The position numbers and the translations under genes were made by a program. Under the pieces are notes generated by a model. That model searched no databases and was not told the DNA's origin. It saw only the letters and a program-made list of their open reading frames with translations. A DNA stretch of 63,779 nucleotides, filler included, from Reclinomonas americana ATCC 50394 (lineage: Eukaryota), in assembly GCA_048213135.1 (NCBI GenBank). It is 4 parts of 3 records of this genome, joined end to end, with 100 filler letters (N's around TTAATTAATTAA, not from the genome) between each part and the next. Parts side by side here need not be neighbours in the genome. Positions count along the whole stretch, not along the records: positions 1 to 27,477 come from PS015182.1; 3 more parts are not named here. One strand, 5' to 3'. Shown here in pieces: positions 14,601-27,577 of this stretch. Each line of letters opens with the position of its first letter. Position 1 is the stretch's first letter.

Positions 14601-17600
14601 CTCGTTGCGTCTGTGGTGTCTCCTTCTTGACGATCTGCACGCGTGCTCACACACTTACCTGTACACACAGACCAAGTTGCCTTCTCGGTGCCGACCAGTT
14701 CACCATGGAGGCGTGGTTTGCATTGAATACTACTCTTCTGTCCGCGCGTGTTTCCCTCTCGGACTCGGTGGCCTTTTCACTGCTCTCGTGCCCCGGTTAC
14801 TGGTATCGCGAGGCAGTGTTGACAATAACTCTGGCAGTATCGCCTTTCACTCACATCTCAATCGCAGGCACTGGTTTCTTGTGTGCAAAGCTGTGTTGCT
14901 GAGCAGTACGCGGCTCAGTTGTCAAGCGAGCTTTGTTGTCATCGACAGTGGCCCGCAACCGTCGGCCGTGTTCAGTGACCCCACAGAAAGTTGCATACCG
15001 TCTGCATGTGCGCGGTTGTTGGCCGCTGGCCATCGCTCATTGGTGGATGCAGTTCCCGTGTCGACATGGAACCATGTGGCAGTGCGCTTCCGGAAATCTG
15101 CTGCCGAGCTTGTGTTCACGCACAACCGTCTGGTCACTGGCGTGCGGTGGTTTCAAGTGACAGACGCATTTCAACAGAGGGTTCGTGTGTGACCAACACC
15201 ACGTTCACTATAGTCTCCTGCGCGTCTCGTTGAGTGCTGTCAGCAGGTGGCAGCCGCCCTGGCATCGCCGATTGACGTGGTGTTTCTAAGCATGGCTGGC
15301 TTCAATATGCGACTCTCGTCGGACCTGGTGGCTCTCGGCCTGCCAACTGTGTCGCTGAAATTTCCCGGCAAGGTTGGCGACTTGATGATGTTTTGTGCGT
15401 GAGTAGTCAATGATACCTCAGACTCAAACGCACCACAGATGAGCGCTATTCGTGTGCTTCCACGGTATGTTCGGCTGGACGACTTGTCCGTGCGATCGAC
15501 TGCCATTGATGTCACACGATGCTCAATTGTTGATCAGTACGGTTTGTGGTAAGACGCTCCAGTGTCCGTGCCCGCCGTCTTCTTGTTCAACGCACACACA
15601 CACAGCCGGCGACCGCTGCACCTGCCCAACCACACTGGCTCACGTCTATCGCAATTCATGCGTCGCTCCGTGTCTGGCTGCACAATCGGTAGCCGTCGAT
15701 GGCGCATGCGCGGTGAGCGGATAGCATCAATACTGCGAATTATGCTCTCACGGGAGACCTCACGAACCTACGATGCAGTGTCCGTCGGCCTCATACTTGG
15801 TGTGGTATCCTGCTTCGCTGGCACTGCCTGCCGATACACTGATCACGGGCCAGTACGTCTACAATGTGCTCGTTTTCCAGGCCACCACCGCGTCTGGCAG
15901 CAGCAGCAGCAGCAGCAGCTTCAGCACCAGTGTGCAGGCTCTGTCGGTGCGCAGTCTGCTGCCTGGCGCGGTACACTGTATCTGCGGCAGGCCATTCATC
16001 GTGTTAGATACAGGTCGTAGACGGCTCATGGGAGCATGTGGAGACCGACGCACTGTGTGTGATTGGGAGTGCCATTGTATCATGCCCTGGACGCGTCGAT
16101 TCCTCAGCAAGTTCACAAGGTACATGCTCAGCAGGTTCGCTCCCTGTGCTGCACTAATTTCTCATTCATTCGCTCGTTGTACAGGATTCCTGCTTGGTCC
16201 CTCGGCGACATTCGGCGTTGTGCTCACCGCCTCCGGTCGGCTTGTGCCTTCGCCAGCAGTGTTGCAGGCCGTGGCGCAGTTCACCATCGGTGGCATCTCG
16301 TTGCGAGCGACGGGAGCCGCGGGGATCTCTGTCAGCGCGCGCATTCTGCAGCTCCCGCTGCCTCCGGCGGCCATTGCAGCCGGTCAATGGCAAGGCTTCA
16401 GTGCGCAGGTGATTGAAGCCAGTAGCGATGCGTTGCCACTTGGCGTGATGATACCAGGTGCAGTGGTGCTGGCTGTTGTGGTCACGACATGTTATTATCA
16501 TTCTGAATCGCTGCTCCTTTGTGTCGCAGACAGCACCGCCAACAACACGACGTGGTCACTGGTGACTCGCACGGAGGGACTGTCGTCTCCCAACGCATCC
16601 TGTTTTCCGTGTCCGACGACCACGGTACGCCTGAATAACTTCGTATCCATAGCTCACTCGCTGCAGTCGTTCATTCGCACACAGGATCGCACAACACCAG
16701 CCTCGCCGCCCTTCACCAGTGTCGCCAGCTGTCCATGTGCAAGTGGTCTCACTCGCAACGCGTCGGCCGCTGATCCGCTTGAGCGTCTCCGTTGCGTAGC
16801 TTCTGCGGGGACGACGCTTGACATTCCCGAGTGGTCCACAGCTGAGCGGTATCAGCGAGTTGCGTGCGACGAGCGCCCTGTGCGTGTGTGTGTGTGTGTG
16901 TGTGGCTTGCTCCGTGTTGTGATCTCACAACCGCAATTCTCTCTGCCGCAGACCAACAGCACAGTGGCCGTTACTGTCGGAAATGATGCCAACGCACTGG
17001 CCGCTGCTGCCTGGCTGCGAGTGACGGTGGCACAGTCAGTGAATGACGCTGCTTCGTTTCCTGTCGCCAGTATGGTGACACGGCCGTGCGGCTCTGCTGT
17101 ACTGCCTTCTGTCACCGCCGTGGGCGACCTGCGTGTCGACTGGTCGCAGACTGTGCGCGTATTGGATGGAACGGGGTCGGTGCTGTTAACTGCAGTGGAT
17201 GATTCCAGGAGCATCTCCGCCTGCCCGCGTCTGCGGCTGCAGCTGCTTGCGTCTGTTCAGCTCACTGCGACTGTCGACGCCGCTGGACGTCGCTCCAGCT
17301 TGGCCTCCGTGCGGTTCGTGATGGTACTCGCAACTCGACGCTCCCACGGCGCTCTTATCTTCTCCGCAGGTCCTTTGCTGTCGCTCCCTGGTCTCCCGCA
17401 CCCGCCGTGTACCCGCTGCCAGCCTCGAACATGTGAGTGGTTTGGTCCAATCATTATTTCCACTTGCAGCGCGCTCACACGTCGTCGTGTTCGGACGCAG
17501 AACGGGCGTGTCGTTGGCGGTGCTGGCCACGCAAGCCTCGAACGTCACCATCTACTACACGGTGGACGATTCACCGGTGACAGTCCCGGCCGACGCAGCC

Positions 17601-18153
17601 GGCAGCAACGATGTACGTGCGGCGACTCAGAACACCACTCGTGTGTACTCTGCGAGCAGTCCACCCGTGGTGTGGCCGGGAGCCGTGTTGCGTGCCGTGT
17701 CTCGTGTGAATGGTTTGGCTGTCAGCGATGAGGTGCGATGGGCGTACCGTACCGACAATTCGACAGTCGTGGTGGTCTCGCCCAACAACAGCACCGCCAC
17801 GTCCACCAACAACAGCACGTCGTCAAACACCGCAGCAACAAGCGCCGACAGGTACTCGCATGCATGAACGTGTGTTTGCGACTCCATACTGACATGCCAC
17901 CAGTGGTGATTTCTGCACGAATCAGCGCACAGGCTGCATCGTTCTGAGCACCGTCAGTGCGGTGGTGCTGGCCGTTCTTCTCGCCGTGCTGCTGGTTCCC
18001 GTCTGCCGCCGTCGGCGGCAACGTCGACAAGCGGGCTACAAACTGCAACCACTTCCAGATCATCAACAGCAACAACAACGGCGGCGGCGGCGACGACGAC
18101 AACAACGACAAAGACCACTACGTGAAGAGCAACAACGGCGATTGGACCAGTAA
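11671..18153 (+). CDS. Large single-pass (type I) cell-surface protein: signal peptide, Cys-rich repeats, LamG-like region, Fn3-associated/chitobiase-C-like domain, TM helix
   Basis: N-terminus MFRSGSSFVLHKVAIALLLCTVLAAEGSAR; CPDGSFGEFPACTSCPVGYYCLGG; FTMEAWF...WNHVAVRF; TIYYTVDDSPV...VLRAVSRVNGLAVSDEV; TM helix VVLAVLLAVLLVPVC followed by RRRRQRR. Internal exon structure only partly resolved, so it could be more than one gene. Confidence 0.55.
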
Positions 18154-18189
18154 AAAGAGCTGCACTCGCAAGCGGCGTTATTACTTGGG

Positions 18190-19209
18190 TTATGATTCGT
18201 CGCCGTACGTTTGCCTGCACACTTCTAACCTCCACTGCTGCACAACGTGGCGGGTGGTTCGCGACCTGTCGGTCTTTTGGAGACCGCTACTCTCCAGATT
18301 GGCTGCCGTCAGCGGTAGCACTGGCTTCGGATTGTCATCGCCGGGATCATCGCTGCTGTCCGGCAGTGGACTGGTGGCCGCCGAGCGCTGCGTCGCGTGC
18401 GTGCTCGCCTGACCACCCAGCTCCTCCTCGGCCTCACAGGCCGCCAGTCCGTCCTCGTCCACCTCGCTGTAGTCGCTGCCGACGGTCACAGCTTCGCTTC
18501 TGGCCGCCGTGGGCGCCATCGACTGCCGCCTCGCGTATTGCTGTGCATACACACACACACACACATATACAGGTGAGCGATCGGCGAGCAAAAGCAGCGC
18601 TTGTCACAGCGACGCCAACCTGCGCAGCCGTTGCATCCTCCGAGTCCTCCACACCCGTAAAGGAGAGTGTCATGCGTCGTGCTTGCCGATCTTTCACAGG
18701 TTTCGGCGCCGCCGCTGGCAAGCCACCTTCACCACCCGCTGCGCTGCCGCCAATCGCTCCCGGCACCATCATATCCGTGGCACTGTCGATACTCGCGTGC
18801 CGCGACGCTGGCTGCTGCTGCTGCTGCTGCTGCTGCTTGCGAGGTCCGGCGACTGGATCATCCTCCACTATGATCACCGTGGTGTTGCCTAGTGAGGAGG
18901 CCGGAAGACCACGCGACTGCCGTCTTGCGGCCTTTTGCGAGGCCGCCGTGGAGAACGCTGTGCACAAACCAATCGAGTTCGGTTTTCTCTTCACATTGAC
19001 ACTTTTTCTCACACAAAAGCACTACAAGAGGGACGTACGAGTGTATGTGCACACGCGAAACAAAAAACACACACACATGTAAGAAAGAGAAATGTGCGGA
19101 TGCCGAAGAGTGGTGTTTGATTTCGATTGGGTGACATGTAACAGAAAAACGGCAACGAACTGTTGTTGATCGTGCCCACAATCTCTGATCTCTCCTCTCT
19201 CTTTCACGC

Positions 19210-19248
<39 letters not shown>

Positions 19249-19374
19249 CGTACTTACACAGAGGCACTCACCGTTGGGACCGAGAGAGGGACGCGATTGT
19301 CGCGACTGGAGCTGTGGTCGTCGTGCCGACAAGGGAGCAACGAGACTTGCCGGCCCTGAGCACCCGCACCCCAT
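18190..19374 (-). CDS. Hypothetical low-complexity protein with N-terminal dual acylation motif MGCGCS, 3 exons
   Basis: ATG at 19374 (MGCGCSGPASL), donor GTGAGT at 19271, acceptor at 18958, and an open frame through to TAA at 18190. Confidence 0.55.
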
Positions 19375-19825
19375 GGCGATTGTCTGTCTGTGTGCTCTTC
19401 ACTCACACACACACGACGAAGAAGGAGAGGTTGACAAAAAGAGAGAGCGAGAATTGTGAGCTTCTCTCGCTCAGCAGCACGATTACAATCAAAAAGCGTC
19501 CGTTTGTTGTGATCCGGGACGAATTTGGCAACAAGTCGCCAAAACTGTCATGCTTGCCTGCTGAGACGGTGGCAATAAAGGTTAGCTCGTCTGCCAAGTC
19601 GTGGGAGGACGGCGCAGTGCCTGCTGATGAGCCTTTAAAAACTAATTCTCCATATAAGAGGGAGAGCGCACTCGTGCCGGAGACAAAATCCGAACGCCAT
19701 ACCGTTTTAATTTTTCTTCCCAAACACACGCACGTGACTTGCTGTGGCGCTCGTGTGTGCAAGCCCAGTGCGGGAGGGGGATCAGAGAGAGAGAGAGGGA
19801 GGTGGAGAGGGGCACGTCAAGCGTG

Positions 19826-22247
19826 TCAGTGACGACGGGCAGCCGAGCGATTGCGCTGCTGCTGGTGCTGTTGATTAGTGAGATCCGCGACATCTTCTGA
19901 GGCGGAGCTCGTCAGCAAAGCGGCGGTCATGGCCAACTCAAACGCTTCGTCGTTGGCACGGCTGTTCGCTGATCCCGACTTGCCACGTTTTCGCTGCGCC
20001 GCCGCCGGCTGTGATACGACCGCACGTATTATTAGCCCGTTGTAACAAAACAGGGGAAAACCAAAGCTGCATCAACATGTCAGACCTTGGACTGCTTGCC
20101 AGTCGCCACTGGCCGCACGGCCGCCGCCGCCGCAGTCGTCTCTGGCGTTGGCGATGGCGAATGGTGCAGTGGCGAGGACGACGATGGTGGTGGTGGTGGC
20201 GGTGGCAGCAGCGGCGGCGGCGGCGGTGGCGACGAGGAAGTCGAGTTTGGCGTCTCCCCACCAGTGGGAGTTGTCGGCGACGAGGCCTCGATCGAATGCT
20301 GCTGCTGCTGCTGCTGCTGCTGTCGGCGACGCACAATCGGAATCGGGCGGCGGCGTGTGCGGCCATCGACAGGCACACGCGGCCGGTTTTCCAGCGTCCC
20401 ATGTCGGCGCTTGTGTTCGTGACAGGCGTTGCAGAGACGCACACGCAGCTGCGTGACTTCGTCCATGTAACCGCGCCACTGCGGAGTCTCGCGAGTACCG
20501 CAGTGAGCACACACGCGGATCTCTCCACTCGCCGCTGCTCCGCCGGCGGCGGCAACCACTGGCGCCACCAGTGTGGCACCGGCCACCGGAATACCGCCGT
20601 CCAGTGGAGACGCCGCGGCGGCCAGCAAAGGCGGCAAGGAGCCAGCAGCAGAGGGCGCACCAAAGCCCAACGCCATGAGCGACGGCGGTGGCGGCGGCGA
20701 TGACGACGACGACGAAGAGGAGATCTGCAACGATCCGGACACACCAACGATCGCCTGCACATGAAAGATTCGCGCGCATGATCGGGGCATATTAGCCAAA
20801 ATCAAGCAGGCAACTCCATAAAAAGTAAAGCACATACCGGTTTCTTTTGGTCAGCTGTTGCCGACGGCGACGACAAGGACGCCGCCGACGAAGAAGCCGA
20901 CGTACGACGCTTGCTTCCACCGCCAGCGTTGCTGCCGCTGGCACCCGACGACGCCGGCGAGGCCGATTTCTTGTGGGAGGCGGATGTGGCGGCGGCGGTG
21001 GCGGCAGCGGCAGAGGCGGCGGCAGCAAAGGCTACGCTGGCCGCGGTATGCGGTGACAGGCACGCGCCACCCTCGGCCCACGAGTAGAAGAAGCCGCCGC
21101 CGAACGGACGAGTGCTGATGGGCGGTGGCGGTGAGAAGGTGACGGCAGAGCTTCCAGACCCTGAGCCGGCTGCCAGCGCCGACGACGCCCCGGCCGACGA
21201 TGGGGATGACAAGGTGGAGGAGGAGTACGATGATGACGACGACGCGCCGTATCCATTCTTGCCGTTGGCAGGACGACCACGACCACGACGGCGAGGAGGC
21301 ACTGGAAACTCTTCGTCCTCGCTGCTCTCCTCCTCCGCCGGTGTCGCGGCGTCACCGTCCCTGTCCTCGTCGACCAACTCCTGATCCTCCTCCATGCCAC
21401 GACGACCACTGTATCCGCGCCCGACACTGTCTACATAGTCGACATCATCCTCGTACCGCGATCCCGTTCGACGCTTGCTGCTGGCGGCGGCAGTGGCAGC
21501 AGAGCCGCCATTGCGCTGCTTACTGGCAGCCGCGCCCCGAGTAGACAATCCACTACCACTGCCACCAAACGGTGACGATGACGATGACGACGACGACGAC
21601 GACAGCTTGGAGGTGGTGTGCGGCTGCGCAGCTCGGGACATGTACACCGACGACGGCAGCGGGCGGGAGGCCGGCGACGAGATATCCGACGGTGGTGGAC
21701 CCACGGGCCGGCCCGCCAGCGAGTGGTACAGCTGCAGGTGCGAAATGCCTGCTCGTGCGTCCAGGTCAGACATCACGCGCCGCTGTAATGTAAAACACCT
21801 CGAAAAACGCAACAGTCGGTGCACAGGTCCGTCTCGTGCAGATTCCGCTCGTCGTAGATCGACAGCACGATGTGCTGCCGGCAGTGGCTGCAGTGTCGGC
21901 GCGTGGAGGGAAACTCAATGGGAGAAAACGCCCGCCGAGCTCCGTGGTGGTGGTGGTGGTGCGACGGCGGAGCCATGAGGCCGCTCATGTGCTGAAACGG
22001 CGACGGACCGGCAGTCGACGACAACGATGCAACTGCCATGGGCAGCGGTGACGAGGCCGCAAGACTGGAGGACGCCGGTCGACCCACACGGTGCACCATG
22101 CTCGACTGTGTAAAAGTAAGATTCGCCAGCGAGGCGACGACTGACAACAGAGCGCGCGGTACGCACCAGAGCCTGGTGATCCTGTAGCGGCGACATGATG
22201 ATCGGCTGTGGCAGCTCGCCACACAACGGACCCGGCAGGCACTCCAT
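19826..22247 (-). CDS. GATA-type zinc-finger transcription factor, low-complexity rich
   Basis: CAHCGTRETPQWRG...LCNAC in ORF 20080-20835, flanked by Ser/Pro/Gln-rich exons. Start codon uncertain. Confidence 0.75.
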
Positions 22248-23932
22248 GACTGCGAGGGAAAAAAAGGCGCGAATGTAAGTGGGGGGTTTGCCATTCACAA
22301 AGATACAGGGTCAGTTTTCCCGAGACACTTGTGCATGCAGCTGATCAAAGTACACGCGGCGATGACGAAGAGTGGGTGGAGAGGCAGGAGGAGAGAGGGA
22401 GAGGGAGGGAGAAAAACGGGACAGAAAATGTACGGGGGTGTTGCGTGTGTGTGTGCGTGAGTTGCGATCATGGCACACATGTGGTCCGTCACGCACCAAC
22501 ACACACGCGCATCGTTGCGTGCTGCAGACACGTGCATGCACACATTGCCATTCTTGCACATCATATCACGCAAAGAGAAGAAGAGGAAGCAAGGGCGGGG
22601 GGCAGGCACGGGGGCAGTGTGTGCGAAGTCGGGCACGTGCGATGATCGTCCCCACTCACAACACACACGCAGAGACACACAAAACGCACACTTCTGCAAC
22701 TCTCTCATTCCCCTCTGGTATGCATGCAAAGAGAGCGCGCACACTATGCTGCATCACTGTGACGAGAAGCAGAGGCACGACGGAAACACACAAACGACCA
22801 CACTTGCAATGCAGGAAAAATAAGACAACACAGCATATCTGACATACACATCTCCTCTGCAATGACACCGCACCACTCTGCACACACACACATGCTCGTG
22901 CACACGAACACCACACACAAGAGCGCAAGAACAAAGTGTGCACGGAAGGAAGAAAGCGCGTTGTGAGGCGGTGACGATCGCGATCACTCACTCACTCTCT
23001 CTCTCTCTCTCNNNNNNNNNNNNNNNNNNNNNNNNNNNNNNNNNNNNNNNNNNNNNNNNNNNNNNNNNNNNNNNNNNNNNNNNNNNNNNNNNNNNNNNNN
23101 NNNNNNNNNNNNNNNNNNNNNNNNNNNNNNNNNNNNNNNNNNNNNNNNNNNNNNNNNNNNNNNNNNNNNNNNNNNNNNNNNNNNNNNNNNNNNNNNNNNN
23201 NNNNNNNNNNNNNNNNNNNNNNNNNNNNNNNNNNNNNNNNNNNNNNNNNNNNNNNNNNNNNNNNNNNNNNNNNNNNNNNNNNNNNNNNNNNNNNNNNNNN
23301 NNNNNNNNNNNNNNNNNNNNNNNNNNNNNNNNNNNNNNNNNNNNNNNNNNNNNNNNNNNNNNNNNNNNNNNNNNNNNNNNNNNNNNNNNNNNNNNNNNNN
23401 NNNNNNNNNNNNNNNNNNNNNNNNNNNNNNNNNNNNNNNNNNNNNNNNNNNNNNNNNNNNNNNNNNNNNNNNNNNNNNNNNNNNNNNNNNNNNNNNNNNN
23501 NNNNNNNNNNNNNNNNNNNNNNNNNNNNNNNNNNNNNNNNNNNNNNNNNNNNNNNNNNNNNNNNNNNNNNNNNNNNNNNNNNNNNNNNNNNNNNNNNNNN
23601 NNNNNNNNNNNNNNNNNNNNNNNNNNNNNNNNNNNNNNNNNNNNNNNNNNNNNNNNNNNNNNNNNNNNNNNNNNNNNNNNNNNNNNNNNNNNNNNNNNNN
23701 NNNNNNNNNNNNNNNNNNNNNNNNNNNNNNNNNNNNNNNNNNNNNNNNNNNNNNNNNNNNNNNNNNNNNNNNNNNNNNNNNNNNNNNNNNNNNNNNNNNN
23801 NNNNNNNNNNNNNNNNNNNNNNNNNNNNNNNNNNNNNNNNNNNNNNNNNNNNNNNNNNNNNNNNNNNNNNNNNNNNNNNNNNNNNNNNNNNNNNNNNNNN
23901 NNNNNNNNNNNNNNNNNNNNNNNNNNNNNNNN

Positions 23933-25245
23933 TGGTGGCGGCGGTGCATCCTCGGCTGGTGCTGCAGCTGGTGGCGGTGGTGGTGGCGGCGGGGATGGTG
24001 GTGCTGCTTGTGCCACTTCCTCCGGCGCTGCTGCAGCAGCGGACTCGGGTTCCTGCTGTTGCTGCGGAGCCTACATCAAACAAAACGCATCAGCTCCGAC
24101 CACGGTTCACTGTGGCTTCTGCTGTTGTTGCAGTTGTGTCACTCACCTCGTCCGTCTCCATCGCCTCCACCACTGCTTCGCTGGCCTCTGCTGCCGCAGT
24201 AGCCACTACACAACAGTAAGGAAGGGAAAGAGAGAAAGAGACATCACAGGGACACACACACACACGGGGAGACGCACCCACAGGCTCGGCAGGCTCCTCT
24301 GGCTGCGCTGCTGCTTCCGCCGGTTGTTCTGCTGCCTGTTCCGGTTGCGCCACCACTTCTGCTGCTTGTGCCACCACCTCTTCTGGCTGCATCACCGCCT
24401 CTTCTGGCTGCGCGACTGCTTCCTCTGGTTGTGCCACTGCTACCTCTTCCGGCTGTGCTGCTGACGGCGGTGGCGGTGGTGGCGGCGGAGTTGGCGCTCG
24501 TGCTGCGGGCGAGGGAGGTCTGACTGCAGCCTCGGCTGCCACAGGCTCAGCACTGCCATCGTCCGCGTCCATCGGCACCGGCTGCTGCTGCTCCTCCTGC
24601 TCCTCCTCCGCCACCTTCTTCTTCTCCTCCTCCTCCTTCGGCTGCTGCTTGCCCTCAGCCTCCTCCTCATCCTCCACTTCCTCGTCCTCTTCCTCCTCCT
24701 CCTGCTCCTCTCCCTNNNNNNNNNNNNNNNNNNNNNNNNNNNNNNNNNNNNNNNNNNNNNNNNNNNNNNNNNNNNNNNNNNNNNNNNNNNNNNNNNNNNN
24801 NNNNNNNNNNNNNNNNNNNNNNNNNNNNNNNNNNNNNNNNNNNNNNNNNNNNNNNNNNNNNNNNNNNNNNNNNNNNNNNNNNNNNNNNNNNNNNNNNNNN
24901 NNNNNNNNNNNNNNNNNNNNNNNNNNNNNNNNNNNNNNNNNNNNNNNNNNNNNNNNNNNNNNNNNNNNNNNNNNNNNNNNNNNNNNNNNNNNNNNNNNNN
25001 NNNNNNNNNNNNNNNNNNNNNNNNNNNNNNNNNNNNNNNNNNNNNNNNNNNNNNNNNNNNNNNNNNNNNNNNNNNNNNNNNNNNNNNNAGACGGAGAGAC
25101 GGAGAGAGAGACGCAACTGCGTGAGGAAAATGACCAGCGTGTCATCCTCGGCGCGCTTGTGCTTGTTCTGTGCCTTGCCACTGAAAAACGCTGCCGTGTT
25201 GCGCACGACCTACACAAACGAGCGATAATCAGATGGAAGCAAACA

Positions 25246-25285
<40 letters not shown>

Positions 25286-25907
25286 AAGCGCGCGTGCGTA
25301 TGTGTAGTGCAAAGGGGATCGAAGTAGAAGAAGAAGAAGGAAAAAGGGGAAAAATTCAAGTGTGCATCTTGTGCATCCCATTTCTCGCCGCAGACAGTGT
25401 CGATGCGTGCGTGGGCGCCACCTGTGCGCCCGCCGGCAATGACCAAGGAAGAACGACACCAAATTCACAAAAAAAGCTGCTCGTGTGCCTTCTCCACCTC
25501 CGTGCACGAGTGATGTGCACAGGTGACCGTGCGTGTGCGTGTGTGTGCGTGTTTTATCGTGGAAGAAAAGATGACACACACACAAACCATTGCAGGCCAC
25601 AGCTTGTTCTGCCATTTGCTGCAACAACGACACCCCGCAATGAGCATCACACTCGCACTCTTACTCATCTCACAGACACACACACACCAGAACACAATGT
25701 CATCCTTGGAGGTGACGTTCGGATCGACCTCCAACACCGACATTCCCCCAACGCTGTGCACTGGTGACAACGACGACGACTGCTTGATAGGTGCACTGAC
25801 GGGACGCGATGCGGGCGTGTCACAAGTTGGATGTCGACTGCTGAGTGTGCGCGCGCACGAAGTGAATGTCGAAGTGTTTGCCGGGACAGAGCGAGCCTTG
25901 CCACAAT
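23933..25907 (-). CDS. PWWP-domain chromatin protein with acidic/Pro-Ala-rich region; partial, interrupted by gaps
   Basis: Spliced DDIVFCKWQNKLWPAMVVRN...DTLVIFL matches the PWWP pattern. Downstream exons carry a Glu-rich tract and AQPEE repeats (24090-24715). Confidence 0.55.
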
Positions 25908-26581
25908 CTGTCCATGGCGGGAAAAATCAAGTGTGTGTGAGAGAGGGAGTGTGTGTGAGCGTGTGTGTGTGTGAGAGAGTGTGTGAGTTGAGTGAGTGAC
26001 ACTCCAGCGATCTGCAACGGTTTCTGATGGAGAGATTAGGTGAGAAAAGTGTGACAAAAGTGTGACAAAAGTGTGAGAGTCCAGCTCTCTCTCTCTCGGC
26101 TCTCTCTCTCTCTCGCTCACACACACACATACACACACACGCTCTCTCTCTCTCTCTCATACTCACGTCTGTTTCTTCTCACTCTTTCTCACTCTCTTTT
26201 GCTCATTCTCACTCTCAGGCGACTCAATGCCGCACTTGCCACGCGTTGATGATGATGAAGAGGTGGATGAGAGCGATGACGAGGAGGAGGAGAATGGAGA
26301 GCGATCGGCGATGAGTTTGGAGGCGATTTTCGAGGCCGAGTTTCGTCTGATTTCCTGTGTCTCTCGCTCTCTCGCTGCGCTTTGCTTGCTGATGGTGGTG
26401 TTGTGATAGGGATGTGCTTAGTCGTGCGCAGTTGAGGCGGCAGCTGCCGTCGTCGCGTCTGCATGCGAATACGATTGCGTCTACGACGCCCAGTGATCCG
26501 GTGAGTTGGCGAAGGGAGAGAGGGAGAGGAGTGTGCGGGAGAAGAGAGAAGAGAGCAGAGCATCTGAGAGAGGTGGAAGAA

Positions 26582-26800
26582 GTGATCGTGAGAAGAGACA
26601 GAGAGGAGTGCGAGAGAAGAGTGTGAGAGGAGAGAAGAGAACGGAGCATGAGAGAGATCGGTGGGAAGGAAGGGATGTTGAAGGAGAGCGAGTGATCGTG
26701 AGAAGAGACAGAACAGAAGTAGAGAGTTCGTCAGCGAGAAGCAGAGAACAGAGCATGAGAGAGATCGGTGGAAAGGAAGGGGCGATGAAGGAGAGCAGAT
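26582..26800. repeat. GA-rich ~110-bp tandem duplication between divergent genes
   Basis: GTGATCGTGAGAAGAGACAGA...GAGCATGAGAGAGATCGGTGG...GAAGGAGAGC occurs twice, starting near 26582 and 26692. Confidence 0.7.
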
Positions 26801-26888
26801 CACATGAGAGCTCGCACTCAGACATCAAGCGTTCTTGCTGGACCGTCTTGCCCATGCTCACCCTTCCCCGCCACAGCTATTCCACACC

Positions 26889-27477
26889 ATGATGCTGGCA
26901 CAGCGTCGTGAAAAGCAGCGGCGCGAGGCCGAGTTGCGCAAGCGCGAACTGCGCATTCGTGAGCAGACCAAGAAGCAACTGCGGTTCGTTGCCTCTTCTG
27001 TGTGCTTCTTTGTGATGATGCCGGTGCTGATGTGTGTGTTTGTGCGTGTGGGCAGGAAAATCGAAGAACACCATCAGTCGCTCCTCAACAAGAAAGTGCG
27101 CCTGCTGGAGAAACTCAAGCAGATTGAGAGTTGTGTGCGATCACCAACCGATCACCAATGCCCGTTATTCACCCGTGCTCCCGATCGATGCAGCGAAAGA
27201 AACGCTGCGTGACACACCGGCGCCGTCATTACGACAGGCGGGGTACATTGCATCGCTCGGCTCCGACTCGCCGGCATTTGATTTCCTGCAGGTGTGTTTG
27301 TTCCACCGTGTCAGTCACTGTATCCATGCGTGCCTCATCCTGCACCAGCGAAACACGACGCGCTTGAGTGCCGAGGACCGGGGCAGAATACAGCAGCGCG
27401 CACGTGAGCGAGTGGGGCGGCGAGTGGCGTCGCTGGCCGAGCAGCTCAAGGACCGCGTGGAAGACGCCACCGTAAAA
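26889..27477 (+). CDS. Coiled-coil protein, 3' truncated by contig end
   Basis: MMLAQRREKQRREAELRKRELRIREQTKKQLR then KIEEHHQSLLNKKVRLLEKLKQIE, with in-phase GT-AG introns. Confidence 0.5.
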
Positions 27478-27577
27478 NNNNNNNNNNNNNNNNNNNNNNN
27501 NNNNNNNNNNNNNNNNNNNNNTTAATTAATTAANNNNNNNNNNNNNNNNNNNNNNNNNNNNNNNNNNNNNNNNNNNN
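27478..27577. other. Artificial contig-join linker N44-TTAATTAATTAA-N44
   Basis: Six-frame-stop palindrome embedded in exactly 100 nt. Identical linkers occur at two other sites. Confidence 0.95.

Noticed and set aside
13125-16865. Additional GTTGCG donors at 13131 and 16859
   Set aside because: A nearby alternative GT could serve instead, so they were left out of the count.
22300-23011. ORFs made of HT/CV/RE/SL dipeptide runs, and ORFs spanning N gaps
   Set aside because: These are translations of CA/GA microsatellites and gap characters.
27522-27533. TTAATTAATTAA as a piggyBac target site or biological palindrome
   Set aside because: It sits in exactly 44 Ns on each side, three times, and truncates genes, so it is an assembly linker.
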